Below, in pieces: positions 52,215 to 64,000 of a DNA stretch of 64,000 bases. The notes beneath the pieces were generated by a model that was not told the origin of the DNA, searched no databases, and saw nothing but the letters and a program-made list of their open reading frames with translations. Every line of letters starts with the position of its first letter. Within the stretch, counting starts at the first letter, position 1. Source of the stretch: Pseudovirgaria hyperparasitica (lineage: Eukaryota); the NCBI GenBank assembly GCA_010093815.1, contig ML996573.1; one strand, 5' to 3'. Position numbers and translations under genes: made by a program.

Positions 52215-55200
52215 ATAATAATAATAATAATATTATATAACTAGGTAGAGTAGTACTCTATAGGCCTATGCCTCCTCTAGTCTAAGCCACTATGTAAGAA
52301 GAAACCCCATAGGGAAAAACTTCCTTATATCTGTAACTACATCTCGTTAAGCCTCTGTTTCGTCTTAAGTATATAGCTATAGGGTACGCCTATTAGCCTA
52401 TAGCCTATATTACCGTTATTTTACCCTTAGGTAGCACGTGTAGGTGCGGAGGTTATTAGTTAAGGGCTGCCCTTAACTAATAATCGGGGTTCTCCCGGGG
52501 TTCTTCCGGTATATATCGGGTTGCTACCGGCGTGTACCGGGTCTCTTCCGGCATATATTTCCGGGTCTACTAGAATTAGAGAAGTGGTAGGTGTGTAATC
52601 ATCCACCGGGCGACATCCTTAGGGTACTCATTAAGCCATCGTATGATATCGGAGGTTCTTGTCGTATAGATGAGCTTCTGCCTTTACATGTAAAGATCGG
52701 GGCACATTACGAGATAGTGGTGTATTATACCTCTCCGGCCGCACGCCTTATACTATAGAGACACGTTAGGGACGCCTCTCTTATAGAGGTAGTATAGAAG
52801 TCCTATGGCGCCCGTTCGGGCTTAGAGGAGTATAGATGCCTAGGCCTTTATAAGCCCTTTATATATCTATTTACTTAGCTCCTTCTATGGTCCTCGGATC
52901 TACTCTAGGTACCTATCCTACTAGGAGGCCCACTAGGCCCGGAGTATCTCTTTCTACTTATCTTAGATCCACGACCGTATGCTTCGTCCGAGCTCTCGAA
53001 GGCTCTATTAGTCTAGAAGGGTATCTAGGTTATCCTTAATCTCTTATGCTACTTAGTTCGAGTCTATTTCTATCGGGCACTTATACCGTAGTCGAGTCCG
53101 GCCTATATATAAGAGTACTTAGTAGTATACGCTAACTCGCGCGCGTAGCGCGGCGAAGGTATAGTCTACTTTTTCTATACGTTCCTATACTTGTTATTTA
53201 GTAAAGTATGCCACCCTCTATATCTAGTAGAAGTCATGTATACTTATGACGTCTATCTCGCGTCGTAGTAGCACCGTGTTAGTAGCTTTATATACGCCTA
53301 ATATGAGACGGAGTATACGGTTCTATATAGATTCGAGTTTCATTCGCCTAGTCTATATAAGGGCCATGTACTAGCACTCGTGTCCGTACGTGAAGGCGGG
53401 TCGTACTATAGATATATATAGTTAGCGTGCCTTATCCCGGGTGGTTCCCTACATGGAGGCTGTAATCCGTCGTATAGCGGCTTCTACCTAGAGGGCCCTG
53501 GAAACGGCGTATGCTACCTATGGTCCCCATTTAAGCTTGTTATCGATCATGACGCCGAGTACGCGTATGCTTTGTATCGGTGGTTCGTTGAAGGCGTCTA
53601 TTCTAGGGCGTCGCTCGCCTTCCCTAGTGGCCTATTTCCCACGGCGGTTAATAAAGTGCATGAGTTAGTACTTTTCGGGGGCGAACTTTACTCCGTGGCG
53701 CTTTGCCCATTAGACGTATCTCCCGTGGTCTTATTCGAGTCGTCTACATGTTTAGCTAGTGTTATTATTAATAGCTAGAAGGTATGTGTCGTCTACGTAC
53801 CCTACTACCTCTATGCGTTATATTCTCTAGAGGAGGTCTATAGTAAAGAAGAGGAATAGGATTAGGGAGATGGTACTTCCTTATGGGATGCCGTAAGCCG
53901 TCTTCTTGTACTCACTTCGATATCTGGGGATATATATCTAGGTAACTCTTTCGGCGAGGAAGGACTATATGAACCGCGTAATCTACGCGGGTATACGCCT
54001 CTTCCGTAAGTTATGGATGAGTCTCGTGTAGTTTACTTTGTTGAATACGCCGGCCATGTTAAGGGAGAGTAGCGTTACTACACGTCCCTGCTTCTATGCG
54101 GTCTAGATGACTTCGAGGATGTGTTAGATAGCGGTAATTAGGGAGCTTCTAGCCTTCGCCTTCTGGTTTACTAGGAGGAGGTTATATTCCTATGCTGCGG
54201 CGCTTATCTTCTTCGCGATTATAGTCTCTAGTATCTTCCCGAGATAGGAGAGGAGGGCGATTAGTCTCTATCCTTTCGGGGAGTTAGAGTTCTTCCCTGG
54301 TTTCGGGAGTATAACGGTATAGACGGCCCGGAAGCTTTAGGGGTGGTATCCGTTCTTAATATATACTTAAAATATATAACTAATAAGTGGTAGGGTAGCT
54401 AGTATAGTGCGTTTAAGGCACCTATTCGGTATCCTATCTAGTCCGGGTACCTTGTCATTCGGGAGTACTTTAACGGCGTCGAGTATATCCTCCTCGGTGA
54501 CCTCTTAGGGGATATTAATTACGTCTAGGTATTTAGTATTATTAATATCTAATAGGTCTACTAGCTCCGGGAGGGGGAATATAACTTTACGTAAGATCTC
54601 CGTCTTCTCCGGGCTTATGGAGTATATCCTCTCTTAGTGTATTAGGGGAGGCATTAGTAGCGGCGGTGTCGGCGCGTCTACACCCTTGGCCCACTTTACT
54701 ATACGCTATAGCCCTACGGCTTACCGTGTGTGTTTATCGGTGATCGTGCGCTATTACTTTCGTCGTTTATTATAGAGGGCCCTATTACGATGTCGCACTA
54801 CTTCCTTCTACTCTTCCCATGCCTTAGTCGTCCGGATATAGTATACACGTGTATATAGTCTACGGGCGTCTCTTCTATACTCTCGCATTTAAGGTATGCC
54901 CCTCGCTTCTAGGGGTCTATACGTTCGGTATAGCACGTGTTTATCTCTCGTAACTTGGTATGCTTGAAGGAGGACTTGCACGGCCTTATCTATGGCTGGG
55001 CCGTTGGATACGTCGACTATAGAGGGGTCTAGAATCGCCGATTCTAGGTCCTCTAGGTATTTATCCTAATCGGTGTCCTTCTATAGCTATTTCCTATGTT
55101 ATTTATTAAGAGTGGAGACGTCTATTACGGTTTCCATGCATTCGTGGTCGGAGTCCGTCTATATCCGGCTCGGGCGGTAGTACTATACTCTATGGCTAAT

Positions 55201-57528
55201 GTACTCGGTAGCGAGGGTAAGGTCGAGCGTAGACCCGTCCTCGTCCTATTTATGTTTCCTCTAGGTGATCTACCCCACGGGTATAAGGAGGTATAGGAAG
55301 TCGTGGTACCGTGTATGTAGTTCCCTTACTCTAAGTTCTTCTCTCGCGACGGCTGGGCCTCCCTACCATCTATGGTGGAGATTAAAGTCGCCTAGGAGGA
55401 TGTGTTATCCCGGCGTCGTGGTGCCCTCTAGTATATCGTCTAGTGTAAGCGATCGCTATTAATTATAGATATTATGGATATGGATAGGCCCTATGCTTAT
55501 CTAGAGATGTAGCGTTATCTAGAGGTTATTATGTTCGGTATAAGACCATTCTAAGAGCGGGATCGACTTATATATATAAAACATAACTCTCCTATCCGGG
55601 CCCGTGGGGTGGATGGTATAGTATCCTAGGTGTGTTATTAGCTTATTAGTTTAGTAGTGTTTATATAGTTCCTGGATGGCTATTATTGCGGCTCCTGTCT
55701 CTTCTAGGAGCGTCGCTTGGTTTTCTCGTTTATATTATACGTTCGCCTATATGATGATAAGTGTATCTTATGCCCTTATTAGGTGCTAGGGAAAGTTCGA
55801 GTCTATATATTAGTAGCGCTAAGGCGTGATTATCCTTGCGCGGTGGCGGCTTTAAGTATACCCCGGGGTCGGCCTATCTTTCTCTATATAGTATACTATT
55901 ACGCGTTATCCTCTCCCCTTCGGGGGGTGGTTACCGGATTCATAAGTAAAGTTAGGGATGGCGGCGAGGGTAGCGAGGGCCTTATGGCTTAGTGTATCCA
56001 CCTCGCTCCTCTTATCTTCATCGTGTTAATATATTCTACGATCTACTTACGTTTCGTGCATGTTACCGACTAGAATAGGTGTTTCCTATCGTAGTTAGAG
56101 TACTTGGCGGTGTCCCTATCTCGCGTCTCGTCGCTCTGCGTCTTATGAGGGCATTCCTTAGTATTATGGCCCTATTTATACTACCCATAGGCGGTCTTCT
56201 AAGAGCACCTCTACCTAGTGTGCCTATATCCCTAATAGTTGAAGCATTGCGTCATTACCTATGCCCTATCCCATGGTTCCGCCGTGAGTAGCTCTCCTTC
56301 GGCTAGGAAGCCCTCCTACGTTATTCTATAGGCGAGAGCGGGGTCCCTAAGCTCTACTATTATAGTAGAGTGCTTTTTCGATTTTATCTTAATCCCTTAG
56401 ACGTTCTTCTACCACGTCTTCGCGATCTTAATCCTAGGGTACTTTAGTTTATTAGATCGCTCTATTCGCTCGATATTATCTTCTCCGATGACGTGTCCTC
56501 GGATAGAGACGGTATGTACCTATATCGGGTATATGGTTACGCGGACGGACGCGCTGGGGAAGATATTATTAATCGCGTTCGGGTCGCGCGAGATAGTCTA
56601 CTAGGCTGTATTAGTAGTAGTAGTTAGTACTATACCTTCTAGGGTGAGTTTGGCGGCCACTATATTTAACCACATCCCTTTCTATTCGTTAATCTTATTT
56701 ATAATGTCCTTTAGGGACGCTTATTAGACTTATGCGAGTACTTCTTTATCCTAGATAGCGACTTATATACTATATGCCCCGTCCGTAGGTGCCCTTGGTG
56801 TTTTAGCTAACATGGCTGTTCCGCTTATGGGTGCGGCGACCTATGCCCACGTGCTAGGGCGTTTTCCCTAGGTGAGGCCCTCCTAGATCCTCTATAGGCT
56901 GGCCTCTATACGATCTAGTCTGGATTCCGGGTCTAATTCCGGCGCCTGTTTTACTCCTACGGTAAGCTCTCTAATATTCTAGATAAGGTTCCGGAAGATA
57001 CTAAGGAGGGCCGTTTCTCCCTTCTTAACTTCCCTCTCTATACGTGCTACCTAGTAGTTAATCTTATCCGGGAGGGTCTCCCCGGGTAGGGTCCCCTCCG
57101 TCTCTATTATCTATAGCGTTATACGCCCTTAGTTGTTTGTTATTTATTAGACGGGGGTTTAATCATTCTAGGATATGCCGCTATATAGCCGTTTCTACCG
57201 TACTAGTGTTAGGGGTATACCCGGTGGAAGCCGGGGTACGTCGGTGCCTAAGGCCGCTATGATTATTAGTTAAGGGCAGCCCTTAACTAATAAAAGGGGG
57301 TCGGCGTGTCGGCGTTTATTAGATGTAGTCTATACTCGTGTTATCGAAGAGTCTTCGAGCGTATATATATAGTGTCTCTACACGTCGGTATCGTCGCGTA
57401 TTATACGCTATACGTACGCACGTGTGTTAGAGGTTGTTATACTCGGTGTGCTCTATCGTTTAATGTATGTAAATCGCTGTTTTGCCCCGAATTAACCAGT
57501 TTGGTCCGTTGGGGTGTGAGAAGTTTTT
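52215..57528 (-). mobile_element. Full-length Tad1-like LINE copy B (ORF1 with CCHC; ORF2 APE-RT-zinc finger), RIP-inactivated
   Basis: QCFNC.G.GH...C ~56210-56260; LLGDFNLHH ~55375-55400; GIP(Q)GSTISPILF ~53855-53895; YVDD ~53790; C..C....H....C ~52705-52755; (ATT)n tail ~52215-52232; 15-bp TSD AGCGTAACGTTTATA at 52200-52214 and 57529-57543. Confidence 0.93.
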
Positions 57529-60119
57529 AGCGTAACGTTTATAGATAACGTGTAATGGCTAAGCCGTTTCTTTCTCGAAATTCTTGGGGATCCATTTATA
57601 TTAGTATCAAGATTTAACGAGTCTAACGACCTCGAGTATAACGTAACCGGTATATAGTTTCTATAGATAAGCACGGGGATCCGTACTATATTCCGATGGT
57701 CGTTTACTATAGTCGGCCTAGACTTACGCGAGGATGGTACCGCCTATTATATCGTTCTAGGTTAGCCCGATAAGAGGGTCGCCGCGATGAGATAGTCTAG
57801 CTATAGTAAAGAAAACCTCTTAATTAACGGCTTCGGGGTATCTTCGAAGAACGACCGGTGTCTTTAGAGACTTATAGCGAGTAAATATATTACTTATATA
57901 TTTATATGCTTTTCTTATAGCGTCGTCGTAGGTTTCGTTAGTTGGGCCGATAATAATATATATATATATCCTATATGTTTAGGTGGAACCTAGCGTAGGG
58001 AGATGCGCTATCACATCGCTAGATAGGATGACTACCTTAGTAGTATAAGCGATAATAGAAGCACCGTTCATTTCGTTAATTAGAAGTATAGCTAGTAGTA
58101 GATAAAGCCATAAATAGCTCTTCCTAGCTCCTCCATAGCCGTGAAGTAGGAACTAAGCCCTAAGTGCGTCTATTGCCTATATATAGGTATACCATTATTA
58201 GGGAGATAGCTCTAAACGTATGATATCCTAGAGATCGTGGAATCTTTTATAATCTTTAATGTAGCGGTTATAGTTAACGGGTTAAAGATTCAGGTAGTTA
58301 TTACTAAGTATTAGGTCCTATACGGAGGGTAGTAAAGGGGATAGGATACTAGAGTGGACTTTAGATGATATTAGGAGTATGTATATATCGGCGACAGGGC
58401 TAGTAATGGAACCTTCGTCGCTAATAACATCGTAACTATGTTCTATATTTATATCCTTATTATTATCTAGGGATATGGATAATTTAGAAAGAGTAATAAG
58501 GGTATTCTAAGGCTCCGTACTATAATCTAGAATCTTGTCGTTAGGGTTAGGGGACCTATATATTAGAGATATAGATACTAAGTCCACGATAACATTAAGG
58601 ACTATCGTATTAAACGCATCCTAAGCGGCGTGGTCGTCTACGCCGCCGTCTCTAGAAGCTTATACGGCGTGGTAGGTTAGTTTCTAGCACGTATTAATGC
58701 GTTACTTAGTAAGCTTATCATAGGTTTATACGCTAACTAAAGCCGGAACGTCCGTGAACCCTATAAGCGTAGTAAGGGACGACCCGATCGTACTTAAACT
58801 AGTATCGCTAGTCCGAATGAAATGTTTAGGACGAGCTCAAGTTACATTAGTAACCGCATCCATTAATATAATCGGTACCTTAGGTGCTTTAGGAGGACGC
58901 CTAACCTTATCGAAGACTTTTAGAGCGAGGCATTCGAATAGGAGGACGCCTAGACGAAATCGAAGGACTTTAAAGCGGTACGCGTCGTTATTATAATCCT
59001 TTGAATCTACTTTAAGGTACCCACGACTACCTGGTTCTATACGATAGAATCCTTTCGCATTAATAGGATAGACGATAGCTAAGAGCGCCCGAGTAACATC
59101 TAAGAGCTAGATATACCTAATAGTAACGTCTTAGAATTAGGATAATAGAAGATCCGTCTATTCGTCTTATAAGGTACTTATAGCGATATATATTAGGTAG
59201 TTAAATTTCTTATTAAATGACTCGCGGTAGGGAATAGAGATCTAGGGCTAAGTGTCCGGCCTACTTATTATACCGTATTATATATAGGGAGTAGTAACTC
59301 CTACATGCCATGAATTAATTAGATCGCTCTCTAGTTTAAGCTTATTATTAAAGCTGGTAAGATCCATAGGGTCACGTAGCGGTAGCAAGATATGAACTAT
59401 AGTATAAGCACCTAGATCTTCGAAGAATTACTTCACTCGTTTATATATTATATCGGGTCCGACATACGACGGGATGGTAAAACCTATACCGAGAAGCTCG
59501 CTAGCTATAAGTTCGATAACCTAAAAGTCGCGAGGGTCTTCGTAGAGGCCGGTGTTAATATATAGTATATTAGCTTTATCCGCTTTGCTTATAATGAGAT
59601 TAGGAAGTTTAGGAAAATACTTGATGAAGTCGTCTACTTACTTAACCTTAAAGATCTATACCATAGGGTGGTCGGATAATAGGAGGATGTTAGTACGATT
59701 AAAGCGGAGTAAGCTTATTAAGGATACCGATTTCCCTTCGTTAATCTATCGGAAGCGAGTATATAACTTAATCTAAGAGCGGTACTTAGGGAATTCAAGG
59801 AATCTATATGTATAACTAATCGACTCTTTAAAGCCGTGACCTTTACCACGAGCCTTAAATACTACTAGCTTAAGCTCGGCTTAAGTTTTCGCTTATTCCT
59901 ACTTAAGTCTATCTATTTCTCTACTAATACCATAGACATTCCTAAAGGTTAACTATAGATCGCCCTATATAAGAGAGATCTAATAGGTAGCGTAAGTAGG
60001 AACGGGAGCCTTACTACTTTAGACCTTCTTAAGTTCATACTCGTCGTTAGGACGGTAGTTACCGGTAAGTATACTAAAGACGAGTGGTTTATTATCGGTC
60101 GAGATAGTAGTCGTATTAT

Positions 60120-60415
60120 AAGCTTCGACTTAAGCGTAAGGCTCGGCTTAAACGTAAGGCTCGGCTTAAACGTAAGGCTCGGCTTAAACATAAGGATCGG
60201 CTTAAACGTAAGGATCGGCTTAAGCGTAAGGCTCGGCTTAAACGTAAGGATCGGCTTAAGCGTGAGGCTCGACTTAAACGTAAGGCTCGGCTTAAACGTG
60301 AGGCTCGACTTAAACATAAGACTCGGCTTAAACGTAAGGCTCGACTTAAGTGTAAGGCTCGACTTAAACGTAAGACTCGACTTAAACGTAAGACTCGGCT
60401 TAAACGTAAGGCTTA
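60120..60415. repeat. 18-bp minisatellite (about 16 units), coding repeat in the helicase relic
   Basis: CTCGGCTTAAACGTAAGG units; minus strand de-RIPs to (PHVQAE)n. Confidence 0.9.
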
Positions 60416-63400
60416 ATTACGTCGAGCGTAGACTGGTCCTAAATATCGCCGAATGTAACGAGTTCTTGATCCATATTATGAACTATAAATATAACCTCGT
60501 TAACTATTATATAGAATAGACCTTAAGGGTTAATAGAGTCGAGTTCGACGTAGTATTCGTATATAGTCGTGATTAACACGGAATAAAGTATAGAAGGTAA
60601 GATTTAGGTTTAAAAACCAAGATAAGTAGAGGAAAGGTTTATAGAAGTTTTCTTTTATAACATAGGGACGACCAAAGGAAGCTAAGATTAACGTAGGCTA
60701 AAGTAATAGTAGCTTAAGTAGTATATAAAGTGGGGTAGTATACTACTATTATATAAGTCTAGTAGCTCGCCGACCGAGTATATAGTACGTTATAGAAGGC
60801 TATCGAATCGGGGCTTAGGTAAATATAGGTATAAGTAAATAGTATTATATGAAAGTTCAACCGTCTAACACACTAACGCCATAGACACCGAGTCTATCTC
60901 CTAAATTCTACGGTAACTATCTCTTCTAGGTAGTGAGATATTACTAGCCATGCCTTACCTATTCTATTTATGGTAGAGACACTATATATCCGTTAGCATA
61001 CTAGCGCACGTGTCTAACTACCGCTTAAATATAACTTGCCTTATACTATAATACGTACTATCGAGCCGATGTTATACCGATATTTATAGGTTCGTGTCTA
61101 TAAACTCCTCTCCCGTAATATCGAAACCGGTAATATTATCTAGCGATAGGACTACATAAGAAGGAGGCGGACTTAGTATATCTAGTTATATATAGACTTC
61201 TACTATCGCCTTAATAACTACTACGCCGGTAGACGCTTCCTCCCTAGCCCTAAATGGTATATAATATTGGACTTTTACACGTTCGCTCGAACTCTCGAGC
61301 GTACCGGCATTATATATCGATTCGTAAGGCGATTAGGTTATAATCGCTAGCATGTTAATATCGACGGGTAGAGTAGGCGGGACGGCGGCGCTCGACTCTC
61401 CTAATATAACGTTAGCTGGCTAATAATATAATAGGTAAATATACTAGTCGCGTCGTTATTAACGTCTATCGTTTAAGTAGGTAAAGCGTTAACTACGCCT
61501 ATATCGAGTGGACTAGGGCGTATCTATATACTATTAACGAAAGACCTAAATCTAGTAAGGTATCCGCTATATATATGATACTATACGTAACTAATAACCG
61601 AAAACCTAAGATATATAAATGGTGTTATGTCCACGGAAGAGCGACGGCATTATACTAGTATATACTAGATATGCCGGCATATATCGGTATACACCGCTTA
61701 GTAGTCGTAATATATCGATATATGCCGATATCTATCGGCGTATATATATCTTAAGCTTACCTACGCACGCTAGACGGATGAATCCCGCTACTATACTTAT
61801 AGCGCGACGTTTCTATATGGTTAGATTATAGTTAACACGTTATAGTAGGCTTCTAAATATACCGTTTATATCGCCTACGCGGAAAACCACCCGATCTAGT
61901 CCTAAGCCTAGTGCCTATTTAATAGCCTACTATAATACCTAGTCTAAACTATCCTTACGAAGGATTATATTACTTAACTCGCTCGGTAGAATCGGGTACT
62001 CTAGGTAGACGCGACTATACCTATAACCGCCTACGTCCCCTAGTGTATCTATAGATAAGCTAATAAATTCTAATAGTTTATTTATACTAAGACCTGCTAT
62101 ATCGCGTATTTTTATACCCTTAATATTTAATAGCGTCGTGCTATTCTACATGGCCGTTATTAGTACTAGGGTAACCCGAGTATAATCGCGGATAAGGACT
62201 ATAGGTATACATATATAACACGGCGGCACGGCTACCTTAGGAGATATAGATACTAGTAGTCCGACGGTCGAATAACTAGGTTAGCTAGATATATTAGGCG
62301 GGTTTATAGGGTATATATAATATCACGACGGCTCGTCTAGCCTGGGGTATCGTTTTAACGTATATGATAGTATTTAGCCAACCGCCGCCAGTTACGCGTA
62401 AATACTAAGAATATAGTATTAAGTTAACACATGGCATCTACCCGTGAAATAGTATAACTACTATTAATGAATATATATTTATCCGCGACCGTCTATAGGT
62501 AACGCTCTCGTTTTATATGGTGGTCCTTTACTTCCTTACTACGTAGGTTTAGTAATAGGCTAGTAAATTCCTCCTAAATCAACTCTTCTATGTATACCCG
62601 AAGTTTCTACCTATCAGACGCTCTGAATATATGAAGTAGGTCGAGACTCGCTTCTACTCGGCTATTTATTCGCGGCTGGCCGGACGTAGCCATAGGTAGA
62701 CGGAATAGGGAATAGTATATATTACTAGGGTAATAGAGAGACGAGATATATATACTATATAATAGGCGTAGGTATAACACGTACGTTACGGCTACATTAA
62801 CGCGAGTAGTCCGCATGGTTTTTGGTAATAACTCGTTAATTTAATGGAGGCGGGGAAATATACGGCCGGTATCCGATCCCGTACTAATATAGGGCACGTG
62901 AAATAACGACGTTAAATATATAATACTCTATATATAACGTTAAGTTTACCGGGCGATAGCCCTACTCCGGTAATACTATCTATATATAATAAAAGAGTAG
63001 CGTAGTATATAGACACGATAGGATAGTAGACCGTCTTTATAACTACGTGGATCTACCGCTAAAGAGAAATACTATAAGATCTAGTATATACTATTATAAA
63101 TATACTATTATCTATTATATTCAGGTATGCTAACTCGGCGTACGCGAAATATAGATAACCGCTAACCCGTTATAGTTCGCTATCGTTCGAAGCCTAACGA
63201 GTAGAACCAAGGAATAAATAGTAGAAATAGTTAGATATAAGAGTTTTTAGCGATTAGGGGATAGTCTAGGTAGCTTAAGGGAAGGATAGAGGACCTCCGC
63301 GAAGCATATACTCATACGATATTAATATACGAATATTTAAGAGAAGTACGTAATACTAACTATCATCTCTATAATAGGTCGTTATCGATTAGTACTATCG

Positions 63401-63674
63401 TTAAGAAGAGATAGACGAGCGTGACGACGAATAATCGTAGTAGCGAACCCTTATATTAAACACGAATAATACGACGCATTAGTACGGTATATTTATCTAT
63501 TACGAGAACGTATATCTAGTTACCGTAGTTTCTAACAGTCTATATAAGAACGCATACATTGATAATACAGCGATATAAGTCTAACTACACTTATAAGGCT
63601 AGGGAAAGAATAAAGAAAGAGGAGGAGAAATATTAGGAGGGGGAGATACTTAAGGAAGACGTTTCCCTGGTAAG

Positions 63675-63810
63675 AGCGTTATATACCCGGTATATACTTA
63701 TTCACACTTATTTACATAGACTCGTTATATACCCGGCACTTATTCATTAACAGACTCGTCACGTACCTAATACTTACTTAACCATAGACTCGTTATATAC
63801 CCGACATCTA
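63675..63810. repeat. Degenerate ~35-45-bp tandem repeat
   Basis: AGACTCGTTATATACCCG-type unit occurs 3-4 times. Confidence 0.6.
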
Positions 63811-64000
63811 ACGAGGCATAAACGCGAATAACGAAAACATTAGGATCGGGTACGAGCTAGGTCTAGTAGGCCTAGAGACATAGTTCGGATTTTAGGGTAT
63901 TAATGTATATAATCTATCTATATTAGGTTAATGCTATCTACGTCTGGTTCTACCCGTAAATAAGGATCCTTTAAGTTCTATATGCCCCTTTTAGAGGCGT

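Larger units (their letters stand above)
50600..60474 (-). pseudogene. RIP-degraded UPF1/DNA2-like SF1 helicase with C-terminal CCHC zinc knuckles, split by LINE copy B
   Basis: ATG 60474; Walker A HGYGGA(G)KS ~58115-58145; GPTNE..D ~57925-57950; EEA and GDP.(Q)L ~51930-52040; DGS(Q)G..D and GFL..NR...TRAK ~51283-51400; two CX2CX4HX4C ~50845-50965. Confidence 0.8.
38745..64000. other. AT-rich RIP-mutated repeat compartment
   Basis: TpA excess and CpA/TpG depletion with CpG retained; every long reading frame is broken by TAA/TAG at expected CAA/CAG/TGG positions. Confidence 0.95.

Noticed and set aside
52400..52483. Hammerhead ribozyme suggested by de-RIPped CTGATGA in the LINE palindrome plus a downstream (G)AAA
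   Set aside because: Stem I/II registers and the NUH cleavage triplet do not fit the canonical core; CTGATGA is simply one arm of the palindrome.
59949..60519. ORF-track proteins with (FKPSLT)n or (LNVRLG)n repeats, superficially LRR-like
   Set aside because: Wrong-frame readings of the 18-bp minisatellite; the frame from ATG 60474 reads (PHVQAE)n once RIP stops are reverted.

Overview
Filamentous ascomycete (Pezizomycotina-type) DNA in two sharply separated compartments. Bases 1-~38.7 kb are gene-rich, with GT-AG introns and CTRAC branch sites. They carry a PRP38B-like protein, RPL37, a DHA1 MFS transporter, SCO1, an OPT transporter, a BYS1/thaumatin-like secreted protein, a GH28 exo-polygalacturonase, a GprK-type 7TM-RGS protein, a capsule-synthesis-like glycosyltransferase, an acyltransferase-3, a small membrane protein, LIP5 and a histidine phosphatase. 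An accessory-looking cassette at ~13.3-18.1 kb holds two stand-alone kinase-like genes divergent from a PD-(D/E)XK nuclease-like gene and ends in a RIP-degraded scar. Bases ~38.75-64 kb are an AT-rich, RIP-mutated (CpA->TpA) block. It contains two copies of a Tad1-like LINE: one full length with a 15-bp target-site duplication, one cut off before the RT domain. From ~42.8 kb it also holds co-oriented relics of large genes (an SNF2 helicase with 234-bp in-frame repeats, a UPF1-like SF1 helicase with two zinc knuckles, unknown ORFs) bounded by repeat arrays. These look like the remains of a large multi-gene mobile element. All calls come from manual reading and manual 'de-RIP' translation; no database searches were run.
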